Origin: Azolla caroliniana
Lineage: Eukaryota > Plantae > Polypodiophyta
NCBI GenBank assembly: GCA_043228905.1
Contig: JBHGNT010000006.1
Location: 10,602,001-10,666,000 of the forward strand
Direction: 5' to 3'
DNA length: 64,000 bases
Both the position numbers and the translations under genes were made by a program. Positions 1-12,995 of this stretch are shown here, in pieces; within the stretch, counting starts at the first letter, position 1, and each line of letters begins with the position of its first letter. A model generated the notes under the pieces. That model was not told where the DNA came from, ran no database searches, and worked only from the letters and a program-made list of their open reading frames with translations.

Positions 1-3000
1 CACATGGTATCAGAGCGCGAGGGTTGAGAACCTCCGCAACCGACTTCAGCTCGAAACAAAAAAACCTAATCTCGGTGAAGAATAGAATGAAAAATAAAAA
101 ATAGATAGAGGTATGGCTAGTTCGCATCCAACTAAGAAGCTCGACATAAGTAATTATGCATCTTGGTTGTACAAGATGCATCAGTACTTGCTCGGACATG
201 GATACTGGAGCTATGTCGATGGAGAGATTGATACAGCACCTGAATTAACACACAGAGACAAGTCTCGGCCTGGGAACAGTCAGTGAGTAGAGTTCTCTTG
301 AGCTACATTTGGGATGCAAGAATGTCGAAGGATGTTTAGGAAAATCGGAAAAAGATTTTCACCGCAAGCACCACAGTTAGGAAGCTCTAACTCCGACAAG
401 AGTTGAGCAATGTGCGTCAATGCGACATGACGGTGGCTAACTACACCTCCAAGATAAAGGATATATGCGACTCCCTCGCCTCCATTGATGTGAACGTTGA
501 GGAGGGCGAAATTGTGTAGATCTGCCTCGGAGGATTGGCGTTGAAGTTCAGAGCATTCCGAACTGCTATTTGTACAAGGGAGAATACGCCATCATTTTTC
601 AACTTGCAATCGATGCTCCTTGTAGAGGAGAATCACGGGGGTGTGTCGACGAGTACGCACGTCGACAACAAGATGCTATACACGGAGGGAGATAGGCCCC
701 GTGGTCGTGGCAGACGAGGTGAGTGGGCGCGCAATGGAGGTGGTTGACAAGAGCAAGGAAGAAGGCATCGTGATGATGTCGAGAGCAATTCTGGACCCTT
801 TGGAAGCAGGGGAGTCGAGGAGGCAACAAAAACCGGCAAGGGAAACACGCCGCGGAATGTTGGTATTGTGGCAAGAAAGGCCACAAGGAGAGAGAGTGTT
901 GGAAGAAATGCGCCGAGTCGGAAAAAACTGGATCCGGATCTGGACAGACCGAACAAGGAAATCGATAGCGGACACACTATGCCGAAGGATCCGAAAAACT
1001 CGGAAAGGGGGCAGCCTTCGTGACAAGACACAAAGCGAACTCGATGAAGAAGACCACCCCGAAATGGGACGAAGTGTGGTATGTTGACTCTGGAGCGTCA
1101 AACCATATGACGAACCATAAAGAGTGGTACTCATATTTGGAAAAACCGGAGCAACCGGAAGTAGTCGCAACAGTAGACGACACATCACATCCGATTGTAC
1201 ATGTCGGTGAAGTTCCCCTCAGCCAAGTGGGGCAAAAAGGGAAGCTAATGAACATGTTACACGTCCCGACAATTACGAAGAATTTGGTGTCGGTCGGACA
1301 GATCGTTGACCAGGGATGCAAGTCTGGTTCATGCATCTCGGGTCCTTCATCGAGGAAAAAGGCCAAGTTATTGCGCAAGGGTGCATAGATGGGAGGATGT
1401 TCATCCTCGACACCAATGACGTAGGCACCTCCACATTTGCGAAATAACAAAAAGTCGAGTCGAATATCGACTTGTGGCATAAGAGGATAGGCCACGTCAA
1501 CTGCCAAAGGCTTCAGGACCTGCAATCAAAACAAGTTGTGTTTGGATTGCCGAAATTCCGTGGTCCAAAAGGCCCAAATTTGTGAAGCTTGCCAGCTAGG
1601 GAAGCAACACCAACTTCCTTTCCCAATGAGCATAATTGGAGCCAAAATAAGCTTGACTTTATGCATTTAGATGTATGGGAACCAACACAGAACGTGAGTC
1701 TTGGCGGGAGTCAATATTTCATCTCCTTCATCGACGACTACACCTGGCACACATGGATCTACCTCATCGAAAAGAAAAGTGAAGTCTTCGACTGTTTCTG
1801 GAACCCCAACAATCTTGTCGAAAGGGAGACAGGGAGGAAAATCAAGTGCCTGCAGTAGGATGGCGGAAAAGAGTACTTTTCTGGCCAATTCAACAATTAT
1901 TTGCAACAAATGGGAATTCGGCACGAATTCAATTGCAAGTATATGCCAGAGCAAAACTGCGTAGCCGAAAGGGAGAGTCGGTCAGTTGTGAAAGCGGCAC
2001 AGGCAATGCTGGAAGAAAAGAGCATGCCCAAGTTCTATTGGGCAAGCGGTACAAACCACGTTCTACATCCAGAATCGAACCGGAGAAAAAGTGTCGGCGC
2101 ATGAGCTCTATTTCGGAAGGAAGCCGAATCTATGTGCATGTGCCAAAGGAGAAGTGGAGGAAGCTGGACGCGAAAGTCGAGAAGTGTATCTTGGTTGGTT
2201 ACTCAGACGAACAGAAGGGTTATAAGTGTTATAACCACCGAACCAAACAAGCTTGAGTAAGTCATGATGTTGCGTTCGATGAGTCCGCATCTTGGTATTT
2301 CCCTCCGACTCCGGACGTCAACTCCAATCCGAGTTTTGAAGATGAGGTCAATGAGGCTGAGAAGCCTCCTGATGAGCACGAAGTCGAAACTCTTGATGAG
2401 AGTTCGATCTCATCTCGGCTAAGTGGACCAAATGAGCGATTGAGTCGGTTTGACCAGTCAGATGAAGAGTTTGCGAGTAGTGGAGACTCGGCCGTGCATT
2501 CCCCGCGCAGGAAGCCGAAGAGATGGCTTACACACAATAAAAAGGGAAAGAAGAAGATGTCGGAGTACGGCATGGATAGGGACGAGTCGGATTGACGTGA
2601 ATCCGAGTCCGAGAAGAGCGATGACGGGCCTTCAAGAGCGAAGCCCGCGTCTGCCAGAATGGCCTCAACATTGGCTAATGAGCAATTACGCCGATCTACC
2701 TGCCAGAAGAAACCTCCTATGTGGTTCGGATACAATGAGTACATGGCACATCACTATGCATACATGACACGTGTCGCGGAAGTGCGTGAGCAGGAGAGCT
2801 ATGCAGAAGCGGCATAGGATGCAAATTGGTGTGCCACAATGGAGGAAGAGATGAACGTACTTGCGGAGAATGAAATCTAGGACCTGGTTGATGCCCCCAA
2901 GGGTGTAAAGATGATTGGATACAGGTGGGTGTATAAGGTCAAGTACAACACCGACGGCTCGGTCAACCGATACAAGGCCTTGTTAGTAGCAAAAGGCTAC

Positions 3001-4368
3001 GCGCAACAACACGACATCGATTACGATGAGACATTTGCGCCGGTCGCGAAGATGACGACTGTCCGTGTTTTGCTCACGATAGTTGTGGATAAGGGGTAGC
3101 ACTTACCTCAGATGGATGTAAAGAATGCATTCCTGCAAGGCGAGCTTGAGGAACAAGTGTACATGATACAACCCCCTAGATTTCACTCCGGAACGAACAC
3201 TATATCGGACCGATACTGCCACGCAACTAGTCAGCTATACAAATGTCGACTGGGCCGGAAACGCCGGCGATCGCCAATCCACATCCCGGTTCGTGTTCTC
3301 CCTTGGGAGCGCCGTGATCGCGTGGAGTAGCAAGAAGCAGCCGAGAGTTGCATTGTTGAGTACGGAGGCCGAGTATCGAGGAGCGGCTGTCGCAACATGC
3401 GAAGCCATATGGCTGAAGCGGCTACTTAAGGATCTGCAGGTGGAGGTGTCCGGTCCGACGACGATCTATTGTGACAACCTCAGCAACATCCAACTTGCGA
3501 AGAACCCTGTCTTCCATTGTGCACTACCACTTTGTCCGTGAGTGTGTCCTCTCTGGTGAAGTCAAACTTCTGTATGTTCCGACGGATCGGTAGAATGCCA
3601 ACATCTTTACCAAGCCCTTTGGTCTAGACAAGTTGTGGCAATTCTCGAGTGCGCTTGGGTTGCGGCACCTCGATGTGCCGAACTTGAGGGGGAGAAAAGT
3701 CTCGCAAGACCATAGAAAGGAGTAGGAAAGGAGCGGAAGTGACCGCGACACCAAATCAGATGACGAATTTGATTTAGTCTCGGCTGAAGAAGCCGAAGGA
3801 GGATCTGCGGAAGAGTCGAGAAGCAGACGAGAGGGCAGCAGCCGAAAGAAAGGGCCGGAGCCAGCCAAGCATGGGGGAGATGAAGCCAACAAGGGCGAGA
3901 CGGCCAAGATTGAGGACAAATTGAGCTTGAGAGGGAGTGTTGAGATACAAGCTCAACATTGGCCGGATCGGCTGTGCAAGCCAAGAACTAGATCGGTTTG
4001 GACTGATTGGTTAGGCCGGATTGGTGCGTAAACCGGTGCGCAACAAGAGGTCGGATCCGTGTGAGAACTGAGAGGCCGTTGAATAGATATTAGACGAGGG
4101 AATATATATGGGAGTTAGTGTAGGGGCTCAGTTATGAGCATTGAAGTACATGTCAATACTTCTGTCAGTCCGTATAGACTTGTATAAAAGTGCTCTCTGA
4201 GCACATCCTATGTACAGAGTTTACACATTATTTTGAATTTAGTTTTTTCTGTGTGTTCATTCCCTCTGTGTCTCTCCTGCGTACATAGTGTCTTAAGCTC
4301 TCCATTAAACCTGTTTTTCTCTATCGGTATTCTGTATTTCGTATAGCTTCCGCACGTAACATTTCACA
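1..4368 (+). mobile_element. Degenerate Ty1/copia LTR retrotransposon (family A); 5' LTR lies mostly outside the window
   Basis: PBS tggtatcagagc (tRNA-iMet type) at 5-16. Gag, protease (WYVDSGASNHMT), integrase (HLDVW..FIDDY, PEQN..AER), RT (IDYDETFAPVAK, MDVKNAFL) and RNase H (WSSKKQ..STEAEY, IYCDN) fragments in copia order with many stops and frameshifts. PPT gagagggag precedes the 3' LTR 3938-4368 (TG..CA). Confidence 0.95.
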
Positions 4369-4409
4369 TTTTCAATGGTAGAGCTCAGTGAAGGATCTCT
4401 AACCCTCAT

Positions 4410-4475
4410 GCTCTGATACCATGTAAAGAATCTAACTCTAGTAGAGTTGAGTATTCAGAAGCGTAGTGTGTTTGT

Positions 4476-4527
<52 letters not shown>

Positions 4528-4962
4528 GAATGTATAAGCATGCAAGGAATTACAGAGAATAACCAGAGAAATAAGAAAACACACAGCAGTGGGATGACAA
4601 CTTGTGCACTTAAGAGAGCTATATTAATTAACTAAAGATCATCAACGAAACAAAATGGGCAAAGGGGGTTTTATATACAAGTCCTCAAGGGATTGCCATA
4701 TGAAGATATCCACTTTAGTACGATTTTGTCATAAGAATATCTAATATTCTTTGACCACATTAACACTTGACAACTACACGGATTACAATAAAGTGTGCTC
4801 ACACACTTTTTCACACATCGTGTTGTCTTCATAAGCACATGTTCACACAAGTTGAGCTTGATTCTCAAAAGTAGATCTCTTCTTCGAGGTCACCATGTAG
4901 GAATGTCGTCTTGACGTCTAGGTTCTCTACCTCGAGGTCCATGCTTGCCGTTATGCTCAACA
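4410..4962 (-). mobile_element. Copia 5' LTR plus PBS on the minus strand (host of the preceding insertion)
   Basis: gctctgatacca (reverse PBS) at 4410-4421 abuts TGTAAAG...CTCAACA. The same junction sequence recurs at 59365-59392. Confidence 0.7.
4466..4523. repeat. (GT)n microsatellite
   Basis: Seen directly. Confidence 0.95.
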
Positions 4963-5222
4963 CCGTCCGGATGGATGTCATCTTTGTTGTACGTTTTTAG
5001 GGTTAGGGTTAATATTAATGATAATGATGATGATGATGATTGATGATGAAGATAGACATGCTGTAATGGTGGAGATGATGAATGGTATGATGGTGAGAGA
5101 GATCATGAAGATGTTGACAAGCGATTGAGAAGCATTGTGGGGTGGGGGGTGGTGCCTAGAATGGCTCCACCCCCCTCCCAAGGGGGTTCAACGTTAAGGG
5201 GGGGAGAGAGAGAGAAAGATGT

Positions 5223-5257
<35 letters not shown>

Positions 5258-5489
5258 ATGATCCTTCATTCATTCATTCCCCATAAGGGGTTAAATAGGT
5301 ACAAAGGGGTAGATACTCAAGGGCGCAAGTCCCCTTTGTACCTAGTCACTCACTCACACCTCTTTGTATCCACCACAATCACACTTACTTTCACACTCAT
5401 AATCGTATAACATTACACATACATTTCATCTTTCATCCTCACTTATCACACTTATCAATCACCCGTACATCTCGTACGGTAGCACAATA

Positions 5490-5529
5490 TGGCACGCCCG
5501 TGGGAGAGTGCCTTGCACGTCGATCCCAC
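5490..5529 (-). other. 40-nt tRNA-Arg-like 3'-half motif adjacent to a 3' LTR (copy 1)
   Basis: Minus strand GTGGG ATCGA C GTGC AAG GCAC T CT CCCAC GGGCGTG CCA. Confidence 0.8.
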
Positions 5530-5836
5530 ATGCCTTGATCATAATCTTTCTTCGACCGGAATTTCCATCGGTCGTCTCAACGATCGACTCCCTCGATCAA
5601 AGCACTTGACTCGAACATCTCCTTCGGTCAGCGACTTCATCGAAACGAACATTCCCGTTGTCGCGTTGTTACGTGCGTGCGTGGAGAAAGGCGGGACCAC
5701 GGGGGTCTTGGACTAGGGAGTGACGGAGCGTAGGAAGTCGTACTTCACCGTTTCCGGGGCACCCCAAAAGCACACCGGAAGCAACCGAAGGGAGAGAGAG
5801 AAAGAGAGGGAATGCGTGCTTGACACCGACTCACGC

Positions 5837-5875
<39 letters not shown>

Positions 5876-7550
5876 CCGACCCGACTCACGCCCTTATGTA
5901 TAGGAAACACAGGAAAGGGGAAGCACCCGACACCAACAGAGACGCGAATATACACAGACCGACGCAACTGTATATATATATATATATAAGGAAGAATACA
6001 TTCCCGGCTTCGAGCCGTTCCAAGGTAGGTTACAATAGTTGTCGGGGAGCTCACGGGCTTGTCGCGCCGAGCGGGGTTTTGCGCAGGAGACGAGCTGAAG
6101 CCAACCCTAAGCGAACACGAAGGGGGAGAATAAGAAGAAGAAATGTAACTAACCCTAAATCTAACGGTATACCCTGGAATGCAAAATGGGCAACCCTTTC
6201 ACAAAGGCCGCTCCCTTCCTTTTATAGAACAAGGAGAGGGATGCGTTACAATGTGGGATAAATCCCGACTTACATGGGATCGTCTGTCCCGACTTGACTA
6301 CTCTTCGGCGCCATAAAGGCGCCCTCGTTATTCATACTAAATGTACAAGGGTGAGCACACACGCTACACCCCGCCGATGTAGCCAATGTTCCCCGGTTTC
6401 CGCCTCTGGCCGAAATTCTTCACGACATCCGCCCCCAACTAACCGCACGTCCACCGGTACGTGCCAAATCCGGTGAAGGGTGAGAGATTTCGGCCGTGAG
6501 AAACCGGTCTTCCGTGATCCGCATCCCGGCTCGCTGCCGGTTTGATCCGTCGGCTTCGATTCTTCCTTCGCGCTTACCCTCCCGTAGGCTCGTTCGACCC
6601 GTCGATGGGTCCTTTGCCGCGATCTCCGTATTACGCGTACTTCTACTGGCTCTTGTTCGGCCGTATGAACGCCCGCTCCCCGCCGTATGCCCGATGTCAT
6701 CCGCTTGAGGAAAGCCCGTAGTGGCCCGCTTGGCCTTCGTTGATCATTCGTGTTGTCCTGATTGCCGCCCCATGTTTCTTCGCGTTGCCTTCGTCCTCTT
6801 GCCGCCACCTTCCTTCTCCATGCTCTTTACATCGTCGCGTCGGCTCGAACCGCCATGGTCTCCGGAATGGTGTGGACGATGCTTCCTGGCCTTGTACGCG
6901 CTACCTCTGAACCGCGCAACCTATCTCCGCGCTCGCCTTTCCGCTCCGGCACCTCCGTGTGCCACATACCCTCGTCCGTTGTTTGGCACTGCCTGTGCCG
7001 TACTCCGGTTCATTGCACGCCTTGTCGGCCCCTTTCTCGGCCAGATCGTGCATCGCCGCTCACACGCATACCGGTGTCCTCCGCATCCGAGGAACACCCC
7101 GTAGTAGCCCGCTTGGCCCTTCCCGTCTTCGTGCTGTTGCAACAGGTCCCCAGTCTTCCGCTTGTTGTCATCCGCTTGCCCCACCAGCTTGTCACCCCGG
7201 CTTGCCTTGTCAGTCTTCGCTACTTCGACGGAGCTACCGAGATCTACGAAGCGAGTGTGGAGGATCCTCCTCCGGCCTCTCTTGCCATCCCCTGACTCCG
7301 ACCCTATGCAGTCCACTAGGCACTTGTGACCTCGTTCCCGGCACCTCCCTTGTGCCGTCTTCCGCTTCCTTTGTTCGGCACCGCCCGTGCTGAACACTGT
7401 CCCATAGTCACGCTTCGATCTGGCCCGCGATGGCCACTTGCGAGACTCTTGTTCCGTCCTAGGTGTGCCTTTCCGGCCCGACACACCTCCTCGTGTTTGC
7501 CCCTACCGGCTCCTTTCGAAACCTCGTGTCGTCGGGTCGCATTCCCTATC

Positions 7551-8830
7551 GCCACCGTCCTTCTCCCTAGGTCTCACGTTGCCACGTTGCCATGTTGGCC
7601 GAACTGCCGGAGTCTCCGGATCGGTGTGAGGGTCCCATAGGACCGGACTCCATTTCTATGCTTCCCGAGATCCGGGTGTCTTTAGTTTGAGTCCCTCCCG
7701 GACTCTCCTCGTGTCTTCCGCGTAGTCGGGTCCTGTTTCCCGCCGCCACCAACCTTCTCTCTTGGTCTTATGTTGCCACTTTGGCCGATCTGCCGGAGTC
7801 TCTGGTTAAGAGTGGGGATCCCGTAGGACCGGACTTCCTTTCGCCCACTAACCTTGCCGGAAGGTCCGATTCGGTTAGTAGCCGCCTCGCCGGCCTGATA
7901 CCTTCTTTCTCTGCTTCCGTCGTCCGGTCACGTTCACCTGCCGCCACCGTCCTCTCCTATAGGACTCACGCCGGCACTCGGGCCGACAGCCGGATCAGTG
8001 TGAGGATCTTTGTGGGACCTCCCCTTCTGGCTTCGGTTGCCCGCCTTGCCGCCGCCACTGTCCCTTACTCTAGGTCTCACGCCTCCCCTTGTGGTTGGCT
8101 GCCGGAGTCTCTAGAATCGGTGCGTGTAAGGTCACAGCTGCTCCGCTCCCTTCGCCATTCTCTTCCGTTGGTCACGTTCACCTGCCGCCATCGTCCCTTC
8201 CTATAGGACTCACGCCGGCTCTTGGGCCGACCGCCGAATCGGTGTGAGGATCTCCGTAGACCGCCGAACCGTAGCCCTTTTTCTTCGTCACCTCGCCGCC
8301 ACCGTCAGTATCTTGGTCTTACGTCGACCGCGTTGCCGACTGCCAAAGTCTCTAGAACCGGTGTGAAGGATCCTCCTTGGGCGTCCGATTTGTCTTCCTG
8401 ACCTTGTCCTGGGTCGTCCTTTTCCGCATGCCGAGAGGGCGTTTTGTTCCGCACCCTCTCCCGTGGTACCGACGTACCGTCTCCTCGGCCTCTCCGTAGG
8501 CCTACTCTCTTCCTCCCTCCCGGAATGGTCATCCGGGAGTCCACTCCGCCCGGTTCTCGTCCGGGTCCGTTCATCCTTCCCCGTATTGCCGGGTCCCGTT
8601 CTCCTGTCGCCACCGATCTCTCCTGTAGGACTCACGCCGTCACTCGGGCCGACAACTAGATCGGTGTAAGGATCTCTATAGGGCCGGTCTTCGTTCTTCT
8701 CTTCATCCCTTGTACTTCTCCCGAACTCGTCACTTCTCTCCTTCTCGCGCACTTGCCTCCATCCTCCATCTCTTTCAGTCTCATGTTGCCACGTTGGCCA
8801 AACTGCCGAAGTCTCCAGATAAGATGTGGT
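7551..8830. repeat. About 8 dispersed, diverged 70-85 bp repeat units inside the gag-only element
   Basis: gcc(g)ccaccgtcc..agg(a/t)ctcacg..ggccga..gccgga..tcggtgtgaggatc units begin near 7551, 7742, 7940, 8051, 8184, 8296, 8607 and 8754. Confidence 0.8.
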
Positions 8831-9099
8831 GTAACCGATTTTGCAATGTCTTTTTGCAACTCGTCCGGGCCACTGCCCCTTTTAGTGGTGTCGGTTGATA
8901 GCATCCACTCTGTGATCAATCAAGCCCCGCCTGAGCTTGATTCTCCAATGTCCAGAGTTTCGGCTCTGATGCCGACCTTGCTAGACTCGTTCCGAACCTT
9001 TGATCACTTTCCTTCGAATTCTAGACCTTCGCCTGGTTGGTCTTTCTCCCCATGTAAAAGAGGGCGGCTTGTCCCACACCCTCTCCCGTATCGGCACCT

Positions 9100-10518
9100 T
9101 TATGCCGATTCTGGCCCCGATCGAACAATCCACGACCGGATCACGCTCCACCCGTATCGGAGCGTCGCATGGTTCGGTCCCCGGTCGGGTCGTTCCTTGG
9201 TCTCCTTGTCACCCCTTTCGCTGGCCATCTCCCATCCATCTTCGCTGGCATCGTGCCAGGACTCCTCGGTACTGCCATCCATCTCCTCGGTCTTACATGG
9301 GCATACGGGCCCGAACGCCGAGTTCTCCGGAATCGGGTCCGTGGGCTTTCGTCCGCTCCTTCCCCGTATCGTCTCGCCGGTGATTCTTGGCCTTTCGCCG
9401 CCGCCTTCCTCCGCTTGGGACTCACGTGGGCACTCGGGCCCGACTGCCATCATCTCAGGAGCAAGTGTGGGAAGACACAAAGAATCGCCCGTCCGTTTTA
9501 CGCCCTTGTCCGTAGCCACCGACTCTTCGTGGTCGGCGGTCGTCTTTTTACCGATCGCGGAAGCCCCGCCTGGGCTTGCTTCTCCGATTTCCGGGGTTTC
9601 GGACTGACATGCCCAAAACCGCTGGTCCCAACTATCCAGTTCCACGATCTGTATCTCGGCCTCGTCCTTGGCGCCCTCTCCCGTGGTACCGTCATACCGA
9701 TCTTCCGTCGTCACGTGGGGCAAGTCCATCTTCTCAGTCTCGGCTTGCGGCCTTGATCTTTCCTCTTTCTCGAGCATCGCCTTGAGAGCTGCGTACGCCT
9801 CCGCAATCTTGGCCCCAACGCCGACCCTTGCCAACTCCCTTTGCCGTTCGACCTCTTCCCGCTGTGATGGCACGCCGTCGCGCGCCTTCCTCTTAGCCTT
9901 CTCGGCTCGCTCATCGTCTAGCCGTTGGCACACCCTTCCGACCTTCGACCAGTCCTCCGTAAGCCCATTCGTCCCGTCATCATCTTCGAGCTCAATCCCG
10001 ATGACCTCCCGTTCCGCTCGGTCGATCGACCTAACGAACAATAGGACCTTGTCCGCCCCCACCAAACCTTGTTCCCGCTCCGGGAGCCGAGCAAGCCGTC
10101 GCTCGAACTCTCGGAACGCCTTGGCCGCGCCCCGGTGGGTCTTTGCCGATGCTACCCACTGGTCGAAGTCGTGTCATCCCCGACTCTTCCGCCGTCCTCT
10201 ATATGCCTTCAGGAGCGCCTCTTCGAAGGCCTCCCACGAACTATGAGCCTCACGGAGCTCCTTTACTTCCGCATGCATCGGGACAACTACGACCCGACAG
10301 AAGAACTCTAGCCTCAACGCCTCGTCTACGCCGCACTCCTCCATCTCTGCGTTGTAGGCTTCCAAGTAAGATGGGACTTTATCCCCGTTGAAACGGCCAA
10401 CTCTTTCGACCACTCGCTCAACCGCTTGTTCCGCTGTTTCTCGCCTCATCACCACTCGTGCCGACTCCAACACCACTTCGGCCACCATCTCCGCGAGGTC
10501 ATCCTCTTCCGACTCCAT
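9100..10518 (-). pseudogene. Ty3/gypsy-type gag-like ORF, one in-frame stop at 10174-10176
   Basis: ORFs 10174-10518 and 9100-10065 are in the same frame. Motifs RFNGDKVPSYLEAY, WEAFEEALLKAY, LEDDDGTNGLTEDW. ATG lies 15 nt after the PBS. Confidence 0.75.
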
Positions 10519-12111
10519 CCTCCCTTGCCGCCTTTCACGTCGGGTTCACCAAATATGTCGCGTTGCTACGCGCGTGCGTGGAGAAAGGCGGGACCACGGG
10601 GGTCTTGGACTAGGGAGTGACGGAGCGTAGGAAGTCGTACTTCACCGTTTCCGGAGCACCCCAGAAGCACACCGGAAGCAACCGAAGGGAGAGAGAGAAA
10701 GAGAGGGAGCGCGCGCTTTACACCGACTCACGCACACGCACGCACACACACACGCACATACACACACACACACAGGCCGACCCGACTCACGCCCTTATGT
10801 ATAGGAAACGCAGGAAAGGGGAAGCACCCGATACCAACAGAGACGCGAATATACACAGACCGATGCAACTGTATATATATATATATATAAGGAAGAATAC
10901 ATTCCCGGCTTCGAGCCGTTCCAAGGTAGGTTACAGTAGTCGTCGGCTGCCAAGTCGCCGGTCGGGGAGCTCACGGGCTTGTCGTGCCGAGTGGGGTCTT
11001 GCGCAGGAGACGAGCTGAAGCCAACCCTAAGCGAACACGAAGGGGGAGAAGAAGAAGAAGAAATGTAACTAACCCTAAATCTAACGGTATACCCTCTAAC
11101 GCAAAATGGGCAACCCTTTCACAAAGGCCGCTCCCTTCCTTTTATAGAACAAGGAGAGGGATGCGTTACAATGTGGGATAAATCCCGACTTACATGGGAT
11201 CGTCTGTCCCGACTTGACTACTCTTCGGCACCATAAAGGCGCCCTCGTTATTCACACTAAATGTACAAGGGTGAGCACACACGCTGCACCCCGCCGATGT
11301 AGCCAATGTTTCCCGGTTTCCGCCTCTGGCCGAAAATCTTCACGACACCGTTCTGTCGGTTGACGAACTTCGGTAACATCATTGGGGTCGTCAAAAAAAC
11401 ATTGTATGTATGTGTGTTCTTCTTTGTATCTTGTGAGTTGTGTGTGGATCGCGTCCATTTCATTTGGCAGGTTTAGGGTCTGGTGTTGTTTCCATCTGTG
11501 TCGGCCCTATCCGGCCATTCAATGGTCTGCCATCTCTGTCTGGCTGTGTCAATTCTTTACGACCGGAGGACATTCGACTGCCGTTGTGGCCGTTGCTGTC
11601 CATCGATTCCGGCTCTCTGGCTCCTGTCCAACTGCTCTCTAGCCGCTCTAACTATTGTCCAGCCACTTCGGCTACTCCGGCTATTGTCCGCCCATTCCGG
11701 ACACTTCGGCTACTACCCGGTCATTGTCACTATTCGACCGGGCCGCTGGTGGTTGGCCACCACTCTAGTTGTTGGTATGTGACCACCGCCGTCCGATCGT
11801 CACCATTCCGACTGTTCGGCCCATTCTAGTCGTCGTTTGGCGGTTCTCTGTCCAACCCGTTTGGCAACTCTCTCTTCGTTTGGCCTTGTCCGGTCGATGT
11901 CTTTCCGCTATTCGACCCTTGGTTTGGCCGCCACTTTCCGGCCTCTCCGGCCTTTTCCGTCTATGTCTTGGCCGTTGTCCAGTCACCACTCCATTGTGGA
12001 CTCCATCACCGTTGTCGTAGTGTATTTTGTACACTACGTGAAAATAATATAAAATAACCAATTGAATAAATATGAAGAAAAAAGAAGAAAATATCAAAAT
12101 AAGCATTACTT

Positions 12112-12180
12112 GCATAGGGCAAGATTCGAACCTTGCACCTCCATGTTAATAATGTACTGTCCTACCATTGCACTAGCATT
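12112..12180 (-). other. Degenerate tRNA-derived/SINE-head-like sequence with A and B boxes
   Basis: Minus strand TAGTGCAATGG (A box) and GGTTCGAATC (B box) flanked by a gcaag/cttgc stem; no full cloverleaf. Confidence 0.45.
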
Positions 12181-12995
12181 TCATTAGTGTTAAAAAGTGG
12201 ATGTTCCACATAAAAACGTTAGTTCACCTAGGATAAACTTTAGTTAAAAGAAAACGCATGCTAAAAGAAAAAGCTTCGCATGCACATCTAGCGTGCATGA
12301 ACGCTATAGTTGATAAAAAACGCAGAAGTTAGAAAAAGCATGATGACTTTAGATAAAGCATATAGTCTATCTATAGGAAAAGCATGGAGTCTATAGTTAG
12401 AGAAAAAAAAAGCATGGATTACTAAGACTCCCTCATCACTACATAAGGATGGGGAGCACAATGTAATGGGGGGTGTGAAAAATATTTGGAAATTGGATAT
12501 ATTTCCTAAAACACCAATCAATAAACTATAATCGTGGGATTCACAAAATAATCTATACTTGTGGGATTCACAAGTTCTTTTATCTCTTTCTTTCAATCTA
12601 AATACATATTCTTATCTAAATACTGATTAATAAAATATATTATACTTGTGGGATTCGCAAGTTTATAATAATCTATTCATAATTAAAATCATCTCAAATT
12701 CTTCCTCTTCCTAGTCCAAAACCCCAGCGGTTCCCACCCAACTCACGCAAACGATCTGACGCCGAACGGCACGACACCGTCTTTATCGGTTTCTGTCTGT
12801 TTCAGTTTGCGTTTGTGTCTCCGGCTCTGTTGCCGTCTCCATTCTGGCGCCGTTTGGCCACTCCGACCAATCACAGACTGGCACTTTTCCGGCCTCTCGT
12901 CAGTCTCTGTCGGTGTCACCGTTCTGGCTATCGATCCGTCTTAGTCCGGCCCGTTCCGGTCGTCATCCGGTCCCACTTCCGGCTACATTTGGTGG

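Larger units (their letters stand above)
5659..11347 (-). mobile_element. Non-autonomous gag-only LTR retrotransposon with tRNA-Trp PBS
   Basis: Near-identical LTRs 5659-6427 and 10556-11347 (TG..CA). 4-bp TSD ccgt. PBS 10534-10551 matches a tRNA-Trp 3' end as recalled (ttcacgtcgggttcacca on +). PPT-like gggggcgga next to the left LTR. No RT, RNase H or integrase motif recognisable. Confidence 0.9.

Noticed and set aside
7551-8830. Repeat-spacer pattern as a CRISPR array
   Set aside because: Units are long, degenerate and irregularly spaced; no cas genes; eukaryotic retroelement context
6294-9785. Many overlapping plus-strand ORFs (e.g. 8753-9607, 284 aa)
   Set aside because: Antisense shadows of GC-rich retroelement sequence with no recognisable motifs
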